From a virus: a stretch of 64,000 nt of DNA. Location: the IMG/VR virus record IMGVR_UViG_3300025132_008118. The stretch is one strand, 5' to 3'. Below, in pieces: positions 56,349-64,000 of this stretch. Within the stretch, counting starts at the first letter, position 1. Each line of letters starts with the position of its first letter. The notes beneath the pieces were generated by a model, which saw only the letters and a program-made list of their open reading frames with translations, was not told the origin of the DNA and searched no databases. The position numbers and the translations under genes were made by a program.

Positions 56349-57112
56349 TGGCAACTTTATTAGGAAAAAATATAAATGAAACGTACGAAGGTTTACTAAA
56401 AACCTTTACTAATCAGTGCCTGGGTTCAAATAACACAATTTCAGATGGTTTAGGTAATCCTACTGCTTTAAATTTAGGCAGTTCTGGTAATGGTTCTTCT
56501 TTTGATAATTCATTAGTAGTCGGTACTACTTTACTCGCTTGTAATGCTCTTACCACTAATAGCAATCTGTGTGTAAAAGGTTCCGGTACATTTGATAACA
56601 ATATTAAGGTTACCGGTAATACCCTTGTAACTGGTAATCTAACAGCTTCAAACTTTTTATTTGCTGGAGCGGGTTGCTTCAATGGTGGTATTACTTTTAA
56701 CAATACAATAGGAGTTTGCGGTGTATCAAACGTAAAAGATACTAACGTTACCGGGTGCGTAGATATTACGTGTGATTTAACTGTAGGAGGTACTATTAGT
56801 GCTAGTGGTGATATTATTGCGTTTAACACATCTGATAGTAGATTAAAAGAAAATTTAATTCCAATTGATTCTGAAAATTTTGTTAGTAATTTAACTGGCT
56901 ACGAATTTGACTGGAATGAAAGGTCAAAAAGATCTGGTAAAGGAAAAGGAATTATAGCTCAAGATTTATACAATATTGATGAAAGTTTAGTTAGAGAAAA
57001 TGGCGATGGTTATCTCACTGTAGACTATACAAGTCTTATACCTGTACTAATTGAGGAAGTTAAAAGATTGAGCAAAGAAATAGATTCGTTAAAAAATTTA
57101 CAACACCATTAA
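56348..57112 (+). CDS. Second short fibre/spike with an S74 chaperone
   Basis: SDSRLKENL, GYEFDW, GIIAQD, LTVDY.SLIPVLIE. Confidence 0.82.
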   Translation: MATLLGKNINETYEGLLKTFTNQCLGSNNTISDGLGNPTALNLGSSGNGSSFDNSLVVGTTLLACNALTTNSNLCVKGSGTFDNNIKVTGNTLVTGNLTASNFLFAGAGCFNGGITFNNTIGVCGVSNVKDTNVTGCVDITCDLTVGGTISASGDIIAFNTSDSRLKENLIPIDSENFVSNLTGYEFDWNERSKRSGKGKGIIAQDLYNIDESLVRENGDGYLTVDYTSLIPVLIEEVKRLSKEIDSLKNLQHH

Positions 57113-57879
57113 TTAAACGTAGGCTCGAAATAACGGAAACTACCAAAACCTGAAGTACCCACTAACGTACTATCATCAGCTGATAACGTGCTTAGTAAAA
57201 GCTCCCCTGAAGACAATTTACCATATATAAAAGTACTATTAGTTTTTACACCATCAATAATTTCAAATTTTTCATCTGGTGATGTAAAGAAGAAACTTTT
57301 ATTCTGATATTGGAAATTAGTATTATCTAAATAATTTTCTTCTAATTGTAAAGGTGCATTATTTCCGTCTACACTAAGATTTATCTTGTAATTATTAGCT
57401 GACAATTCTTGTGATGTTGCAATATTATTAAATCTCGTTATTAAAAACTTTACTGTACTTTCACTTTCATTTTGCGTTTCTGCATCTTGCGTTAGAAAAA
57501 TTTTATCAGGTACCGGGTCTTTAACGTTAATAACAAAACCTTCTCTAGATCTAAAAAAGTCCCCACCACTTGTAGCAACTACTAATGTAACTTGAAAATT
57601 ACCAGATGTTTTATACGTATGGAATGCTGAAAGATTATTTTCAATAATGGTACCATCACCAAAATCTATAAAAAAATTAGTATCTGAAATCATAGGATCA
57701 GCGGTTGAAAAATCAGGTACAGCATAAACCCCACCTAAGTTACCTGAATATATAGTACTACTAAGATCTGTGCTATTAGAAGTACCTCCTAATACTTTAT
57801 CAAAATTTCTATTATATATACCAAGCTGTATAACTATACCTGACAACGAACTATAATCTTTATTAAAACTGTAATTCAT
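57109..57879 (-). CDS. PKD-domain virion protein
   Basis: IDFGDGT...HTYKTSGNFQVTLVV. Confidence 0.65.
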   Translation of the reverse strand: MNYSFNKDYSSLSGIVIQLGIYNRNFDKVLGGTSNSTDLSSTIYSGNLGGVYAVPDFSTADPMISDTNFFIDFGDGTIIENNLSAFHTYKTSGNFQVTLVVATSGGDFFRSREGFVINVKDPVPDKIFLTQDAETQNESESTVKFLITRFNNIATSQELSANNYKINLSVDGNNAPLQLEENYLDNTNFQYQNKSFFFTSPDEKFEIIDGVKTNSTFIYGKLSSGELLLSTLSADDSTLVGTSGFGSFRYFEPTFN

Positions 57880-57880
57880 T

Positions 57881-59710
57881 TTATGCGTTTTCTACAATAA
57901 TATTAGATAGTATGGATTTATTTGAAAGGTAAGGGTACTTAAAGAATGGTAATTTAATATCACTACCAATTATCTGTATATCATTATCAGGGTATATAGG
58001 GTTACAAACAACAAGACTAATTCCTTCGACTTCATTAACTTGGACATTATTAACAATTCGTCTTGTTCGTATATCTTCAATACCTTCAATATTAAAAATT
58101 TGATTACTTATCTCCTTTAAACTTACTAAATCACCTAAATTTAAAGAATCAAAATAATTAATAAATATATTATTAATTCTTTCTTTTATTGCTTCTGTAC
58201 TTGAATTACTTAATACGTTTCTCTTTATAACTAAAAAAGACTCATTGTTTATATCTTTAGTAATAGTTTCAGTTTGATTTTCTCCTTTTCTGGCTCCTAA
58301 ACCAAATGAAGTATATACCGGATCTACAGGTACAATATTAATATTAGCCTGTTGTTGTTCTTTAAATGAATTTATAATTGATGATTTTTGAGAGGTTGAA
58401 ACAAAATTAAGATTATCATTTTCATCGACATTGTTAAATTTAGATACTAAAAATAAATAAACATTATTAATTTGATTTATAGAATTAAAATTTACCTGGT
58501 TAAATAAAACTCTACTATCATCATTTGGTTTATTTAAACCAATATTTAAAAAATAATTTAAATACTGATCAACATAATCATCATTATTAACTACACTAAA
58601 CGATTTTAAAACTTGCGAAAAATTAGCAGAAAGAAAATCATTATAATCTTTTATGGTTATAATTCTGTTTTGTAATTGGAAATTTTTGGCAGCATTATTT
58701 CTAATAGTTTCAGTATCTTCTTTTTCTACTGGTGGTGTTGATTGAAGGCTGTTCGAAAAATTTAAATACTGAAGTTGTTGCGTAGTTAAAAAATTAAATG
58801 TATTATTGTATATATCTTGACTAATTTGATTGAATCTAGGAGTAGTATATAAAATTAATTTACTACCATCTAATACTCCCGGTGATATAACTCCTGCTTG
58901 CCCTGAACTTTGTATATAATATATAAAAATACTATCACCTTCATTAAGTTTTTTACCAAACACTCCATTACCAAATTTAAATTCGTAAAGTCCATTTTCA
59001 TTCAATCGTTTTTCGAATACAGTTGAATCTGAATTTTCTAAAAATAAACTTGACGTTTCAGTATATTCAAGAATTTTTTTAGTATCAGCGTCCTGCACAT
59101 AAATTCCAATAGAACCGCTATCTATATCAATTTTTAAATTATCATCATTACTTTTCACTGCCAAAGTTACAGATTCAAAATCTTCCCCTAACGCAGTTAT
59201 TTCTGGATACTCAAAATATTGACCCTCTCTTAAAATATTTTCACTTGAAAAATTCTTTAAATTTTGTTCACCTGGTACAGTTTTATTAAAAGTACTATCA
59301 TTAATAAATGAATAATAAAGACCGCCTACAGCAAAATAACTATACCGTTTAATTGTATATGCGTCTTGTGGTAGTAAACTTGAAACGTTTAAATTAAATG
59401 AAAGTAAAGAAGTTTGATAACCTTTTGGCTTATAATCAATCAATTTAACGATTCTATTCATATTTTCATATATACTTGTATCGGTAAACATCGACTCTGC
59501 AGACGTTTGATTAAGATAAAATAAAAGTAAATGGTAACTATAAGCAATAACGTCAATTATAGATGACATATTACTACCTTCAAAAGACTGGTCAGTGTAT
59601 ACACCACCTTGATTCAATCTTGTTTGAATGAGTTCTTTTAGTGATTTTGCATCAAAAGCAGTATAACTGTCTCTTGATAGACTAAAATCAGTTAAATTTT
59701 CCTTCGCCAT
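57881..59710 (-). CDS. gp6: Baseplate wedge protein (gp6-like)
   Basis: FDAKSLK, DQSFEGSN.S..IDV.AY, ESMFTD, FGNGVFGKKL, RIITIKDY. Confidence 0.85.
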   Translation of the reverse strand: MAKENLTDFSLSRDSYTAFDAKSLKELIQTRLNQGGVYTDQSFEGSNMSSIIDVIAYSYHLLLFYLNQTSAESMFTDTSIYENMNRIVKLIDYKPKGYQTSLLSFNLNVSSLLPQDAYTIKRYSYFAVGGLYYSFINDSTFNKTVPGEQNLKNFSSENILREGQYFEYPEITALGEDFESVTLAVKSNDDNLKIDIDSGSIGIYVQDADTKKILEYTETSSLFLENSDSTVFEKRLNENGLYEFKFGNGVFGKKLNEGDSIFIYYIQSSGQAGVISPGVLDGSKLILYTTPRFNQISQDIYNNTFNFLTTQQLQYLNFSNSLQSTPPVEKEDTETIRNNAAKNFQLQNRIITIKDYNDFLSANFSQVLKSFSVVNNDDYVDQYLNYFLNIGLNKPNDDSRVLFNQVNFNSINQINNVYLFLVSKFNNVDENDNLNFVSTSQKSSIINSFKEQQQANINIVPVDPVYTSFGLGARKGENQTETITKDINNESFLVIKRNVLSNSSTEAIKERINNIFINYFDSLNLGDLVSLKEISNQIFNIEGIEDIRTRRIVNNVQVNEVEGISLVVCNPIYPDNDIQIIGSDIKLPFFKYPYLSNKSILSNIIVENA

Positions 59711-59722
59711 AAATATATTTAA

Positions 59723-60196
59723 TTAATAACTATAAAAACCAGATTTGTTTAATCTACCTTTTAAATTTAAAGGATTATTATTAAATTCAGGTATATTAAT
59801 TAGTAGATTTAATTCATATTCCCCTGCTTCAATATCTGCTACAACCTCAATTTCATTTATTTGTATCCTTGGTTCAAAACCAACAAAAGTATTATTTATT
59901 GTCTCACCAATTACAGTAGCTCTTGCCTTTGATACAGGTAAGAATAAAAGATCTCCAAAGTTCATACCAAATTCCGGGTTAAGTATTTTTTGACCTGGAA
60001 AGGTAGTTATTAAATTAATTAATGAATTTTTTATAGCTTTAAAATTAACCGATGTATTTAAATCTTTTAAATTTTCCGGACTTTCTAATTGGTCTCCCTT
60101 TACTACACCCACATTTACTTTCAGATCAATATCCCTATAAAGTATATCATCAGTCTGATTTATTACAGGTTCTAAAATATTTAGTTTTATAGGCAT
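59723..60196 (-). CDS. gp25: Baseplate wedge protein (gp25-like)
   Basis: AIKNSLINLITTFPGQKILNPEFG, FEPRI. Confidence 0.85.
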   Translation of the reverse strand: MPIKLNILEPVINQTDDILYRDIDLKVNVGVVKGDQLESPENLKDLNTSVNFKAIKNSLINLITTFPGQKILNPEFGMNFGDLLFLPVSKARATVIGETINNTFVGFEPRIQINEIEVVADIEAGEYELNLLINIPEFNNNPLNLKGRLNKSGFYSY

Positions 60197-60217
60197 ATAG
60201 ATATTTAGTAAAAGTTA

Positions 60218-62956
60218 TTATGTACTAATAAAATTATATAAAGTATTATTTTTATCAATTAAATTAAATACAAAATTATCATTATTGGTTTTTTGGCCGT
60301 TAATAGCTTTTAACTCTAACGGTGTTAAGTCTGAAATTAATTTTATAGCAACTAAATTAATAGTAGTTATACCACCATTTTCGTAATGTAATTTTATCGA
60401 ACCAGTTGATGATATTGCATCATTAAATGATGTATAAATATGGCTAAAATTACTTAACTTAAGTGTATTATCAGATGATTGAAACTTTGAATATATTGTA
60501 TCGGTACTATTATCACCGTAATCTATTTCCGCTTTATATAAACTCATACTGGCTGATAATTGAGTCACATTTTGTAAATCAAAATTTATATCAGTTGTAC
60601 CAGAGTAAGCAAAAGTAACTGTTCTAGAGAAATCATCTTCTGGGAATGATAATGATGGTAAAGTTAAATCCCCTGAACCTGGTAAAAAATTAAAAGTGTC
60701 AGATAATTGAGCTGCATTTATAACTGCATTTCTCGTATTAGTAATAGCTGAATTATTAAAATTTGTAAAAAGGTCATTAACAATAATGGAAATTTTATTA
60801 TTAACTATTTTATAATTAAAATAATGTAATACTAGTGATTCGTTTTGATTTAAGAAAGTTGTTGTTAAAATATAAGAATCATCATAACTATTATATTTTA
60901 AATCACTATTAACTAATCTATTAATTGTTACACTAGCATCAGGTGAATTGAAATTGAATGTATTTAAAAAGTAAGTAGATGTTTCTGTGTTTCTAGTACT
61001 TATTTCATCTATAGTTTTCTTCTGTGTATCGAACTTATATAATTCATAACGAAATGTATTTGAATTACTTGAACCTGATAAACTTATATTAAATTTATAT
61101 ATCGAACCAGCATTATAACAATCTTTTGTAATGAATGCAAAACTAGGATGGGTTAGATCTTTTTCAATTATTAAAGGAGAAATTATTTGTTCTATATAAT
61201 TACCATCATATTTAAAAGTATCAACAATTGAAAATGAACTTAAATCTATACTATATGTATCTTCATAAACATTAATATCTAAGATATCAGAACTAGTGAT
61301 TTGTTGATATAGAGTACTATTATGTGTAAATTTATTATAAATAGTATTGAAGTTTGAACTAGATAACGGTTTTAACGTTTTAGTCGTTACATCTTTAACA
61401 TATATTGATTTTAAACTATTAATTTTACCACTAAAACCAGATAGTTGTTCAATAACGCCGTATCGGTTTTCGGAAATATCAATTGTATTACCTGATTCAA
61501 ATGCAGCATTTTGAACGATATCTATATCAGCTGTATTTCTTATTACACCTCTATTAGGTATTACTTGTATATATTCATTACCGTATATATCTGTTTCAAT
61601 TTTATCCACTGAACCATAATTAACTAGATCAGTAACTGAATCCGGAAATTGACCACTATTATTGATATCGATACGTCTATTTTCTAATGATTGGTATGAA
61701 TGGAAATAATGATTTCTTTCATTGGCTTTAACTGTGTTACGTGAAGAGGAAGAAGAAATATTCTTATAACTATTATTATCAAAATAGAAGTTAAAGGGGT
61801 TATCTCTTTTTGTGTTACTTAAGTTTATCACATCCCCATATTGATCGGGGTCTGGAAAAACATACACATAATTATCAATTAGTTTAGATTTTATTTTTCT
61901 TATGTATTCACCGTCTACCTTTAAAATAGAAAATTTAGTAGGGTTAAAAAATAAACCAATATCTCTTTCAAAATCACTAGGTATTTTTTCTTTAGCCATT
62001 ACTGAAGGGAAGTTAATATTAAATAAATTTTTTGCTTTATTTTTAGCCTCAAACAATTTACCAGATACAAATTCAGTACCAGTATTGCTCAAATAGTAAT
62101 AATCAGTACCTACTAAATGTTCAGATAATTCAGCTTCAAAAAGAACTCTATAAGTATCGGTATCATTAGTAATTTTATAATCTATAAAATCATCCCGACG
62201 TAATAGACTTGTATTAACTTCATTAAACTCAACTACTAATTTATATGGGTTTAATTCGGTAAGAGTAATCTTATTGTTATTTAGCACCTCTACCAATGCT
62301 TGATCAATATCTAAAAATGAATTTACATTTATATCATTAGTAATATACGTTTCGTTTGCTTCCACAGAAAGTGGGTTAACATCGAAATAATCGTTAAATG
62401 TATCGTACCCTAATTCTATATCAACCCTTAAAGATGATAATGAAACAACATCTCCGGTGTAATCAGGACTAGTAAAAAAATTAGCAATGTTATTTCTAAT
62501 TTGATCTTTAACACTTAAGTTACTACCTTTACCTTGTTTTTCTCTTAATTCTCTTTGGAATGTATTTCTTTTTTCTCTATAATAATCTAAAATTTCTACT
62601 ATTTTTGCTCTATAAAATGGTATTATCTTAGTTAGAGAATCTTTATCGAAAAAATCAACAGTATTAAAAAATCTTCTTTGTTCTTGTGTAGAATATTTTA
62701 AAGTTAAATCATTAAAGAAGTTTAAATAAATTGATCTAATATTAACTGAGTTATTTTTATTATTATCAAAATCAGTTTCTTTCCACTTTTCTAAGTATTT
62801 TTTATATTGATTGAAATTTTCCAAATCATTAGTATCGATAACTTTTACATAATTTAAATACTCGATAAAATTAAATGGGCTACCGACGTCAAATTTATCG
62901 TCAGATAAAGTATTAGTTATACTATTATTAACAACATACTCTGTGAATTTTATCAT
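60218..62956 (-). CDS. Large virion structural protein with a C-terminal PKD-like segment
   Basis: Late box at 62964-62969; IDYGDNS...FSHIY near the C-terminus. Confidence 0.5.
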   Translation of the reverse strand: MIKFTEYVVNNSITNTLSDDKFDVGSPFNFIEYLNYVKVIDTNDLENFNQYKKYLEKWKETDFDNNKNNSVNIRSIYLNFFNDLTLKYSTQEQRRFFNTVDFFDKDSLTKIIPFYRAKIVEILDYYREKRNTFQRELREKQGKGSNLSVKDQIRNNIANFFTSPDYTGDVVSLSSLRVDIELGYDTFNDYFDVNPLSVEANETYITNDINVNSFLDIDQALVEVLNNNKITLTELNPYKLVVEFNEVNTSLLRRDDFIDYKITNDTDTYRVLFEAELSEHLVGTDYYYLSNTGTEFVSGKLFEAKNKAKNLFNINFPSVMAKEKIPSDFERDIGLFFNPTKFSILKVDGEYIRKIKSKLIDNYVYVFPDPDQYGDVINLSNTKRDNPFNFYFDNNSYKNISSSSSRNTVKANERNHYFHSYQSLENRRIDINNSGQFPDSVTDLVNYGSVDKIETDIYGNEYIQVIPNRGVIRNTADIDIVQNAAFESGNTIDISENRYGVIEQLSGFSGKINSLKSIYVKDVTTKTLKPLSSSNFNTIYNKFTHNSTLYQQITSSDILDINVYEDTYSIDLSSFSIVDTFKYDGNYIEQIISPLIIEKDLTHPSFAFITKDCYNAGSIYKFNISLSGSSNSNTFRYELYKFDTQKKTIDEISTRNTETSTYFLNTFNFNSPDASVTINRLVNSDLKYNSYDDSYILTTTFLNQNESLVLHYFNYKIVNNKISIIVNDLFTNFNNSAITNTRNAVINAAQLSDTFNFLPGSGDLTLPSLSFPEDDFSRTVTFAYSGTTDINFDLQNVTQLSASMSLYKAEIDYGDNSTDTIYSKFQSSDNTLKLSNFSHIYTSFNDAISSTGSIKLHYENGGITTINLVAIKLISDLTPLELKAINGQKTNNDNFVFNLIDKNNTLYNFIST

Positions 62957-62995
62957 ACTATAATATTTAATACAGGTTAATAACTATCAAATTAA

Positions 62996-64000
62996 CTAAA
63001 ACCCTCCAGTATAATCAGCTGAAGCTGGTCCTGAATATGTTTCAGCGTTGGTAGCTGCTCCATAGGTCGCTGCACTTGACAATGTTTTAGAATATGTTTC
63101 GTCAATAGTTATACCACTTTTTTGAGTATTAAATTGTGGTGAAGCAGGAACTCTTTGATCGCTATTGATACCATTATTTTTAGCTGAATTACGCACACTT
63201 TGATTACCATCAGTTAACGTTAAAGGTAGATTATTAAATGTATGAGTATGTGGATAAGTTGCAATTGTATCAGCTATCGGTATACCGGTCTGGGTACCAC
63301 CGAACACTGGTACAGTAGCTGAACCAGGCCCATCTGTCCAAAAATAGTCTACGTACCCGATAATAGCTCCTTGTACAGTTTGTCCTAATACTTGGGTTGT
63401 ATTTGTTACTTGCGTTTCAGCCGGTGCAGTTACATGTTGTAAATAAGTTTCTCCTTCTACTGATAAACCTCCACCAATTATTACGTTCTTATTTACCCCA
63501 AGACTACTATCTACTAAAACTTGTCTTTGTCTTTTATTACGTAGTTTTAAAATTTCTGCACTTATATTAATTACTTTAGCATCTAAATTAATTTCATTTT
63601 CCGAACCAATGTTAACTTGTTGACCAGCTACGTTAGTAATGCTACCAGATATATTAGTTGGTCCGTATGATTTTAGATTAATACCACCAGCACCTACCAT
63701 AACATTATACCTATTATTAACATTTAAATTATATGTACCACCGGGTAAATCTTGAACATCAACATATTCAAGTAACGGACCAGAATCACTATTAACATAA
63801 GTAGCTTTACTACCTACAAGAACTTCATTGTTTATTAGTTTACCAATTGGATCGAATCTAATACTACCGTAATCATTCATTACTGTTCCAATATTTTCTA
63901 ATTTATTTTTACTAATTTCAATTATTTCACTACCACCAAGACCGAAATCTCTTTCTTTAATCATTAAATCAGCTTGAACTTTTGTTATTTCTTCACTTAA
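62996..64000 (-). CDS. Baseplate spike (gp5/VgrG-like) C-terminal region; gene starts beyond the window
   Basis: Frame is open to position 64000; beta-helix-like YNLNVNNRYNVMVGAGGINL; next to wedge genes. Confidence 0.5.
   Translation of the reverse strand, partial: LSEEITKVQADLMIKERDFGLGGSEIIEISKNKLENIGTVMNDYGSIRFDPIGKLINNEVLVGSKATYVNSDSGPLLEYVDVQDLPGGTYNLNVNNRYNVMVGAGGINLKSYGPTNISGSITNVAGQQVNIGSENEINLDAKVINISAEILKLRNKRQRQVLVDSSLGVNKNVIIGGGLSVEGETYLQHVTAPAETQVTNTTQVLGQTVQGAIIGYVDYFWTDGPGSATVPVFGGTQTGIPIADTIATYPHTHTFNNLPLTLTDGNQSVRNSAKNNGINSDQRVPASPQFNTQKSGITIDETYSKTLSSAATYGAATNAETYSGPASADYTGGF

Noticed and set aside
55637-56829. Minus-strand ORFs 55637-56104 and 56413-56829
   Set aside because: Antisense shadows of Gly/Thr-rich fibre genes that carry clear S74 domains
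55506-57112. Diversity-generating retroelement acting on the fibres
   Set aside because: No reverse transcriptase and no TR/VR pair differing at adenines; the two genes are old, divergent paralogs
212-64000. Other short nested ORFs in the track (for example 212-475, 3271-3520, 7174-7611, 24578-24859, 28656-28958, 30686-31003, 46734-47081)
   Set aside because: Fully overlap better-supported genes and lack start-proximal promoter boxes or motifs
1-64000. Stop-codon reassignment
   Set aside because: Core genes are full length in code 11, and TAA, TAG (12544, 40731) and TGA (480, 14543) all end genes at the expected places
1-64000. tRNA, rRNA, CRISPR array or structured ncRNA genes
   Set aside because: Intergenic gaps are nearly all under 100 nt and AT-rich; no cloverleaf or regularly spaced repeats seen by eye (not confirmed with tRNAscan or Infernal)

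Overview
The whole window is part of a large, AT-rich T4-like (myovirus) phage genome; it contains no host chromosome. From 1 to 20 kb it carries replication and recombination genes (DNA polymerase B end, UvsX, gp41 helicase, gp32, gp45, RNase H, primase). These are interleaved with a putative nucleotide-modification module (QueC-like protein with a degenerate Zn site, class II glutamine amidotransferase, GNAT, dATP/dGTP diphosphohydrolase) and two sugar-nucleotide/glycosylation clusters. From 20 to 25 kb and 41.8 to 43.4 kb are small late genes whose N-termini resemble T4 capsid-targeting peptides. From 23 to 64 kb are the neck, terminase, tail sheath/tube, baseplate and large fibre/spike genes, including a trypsin-like protease split by a roughly 680-aa insert. 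Regulatory signals are very regular. Over 20 late-type TAAATA boxes and 7 TTGAWW-N16-TAWAAT promoters sit only about 4-9 nt before start codons with no Shine-Dalgarno, which implies largely leaderless mRNAs. An LSA tripeptide recurs strongly in virion proteins. All gene calls come from motif recognition and synteny by eye; no database search was run.
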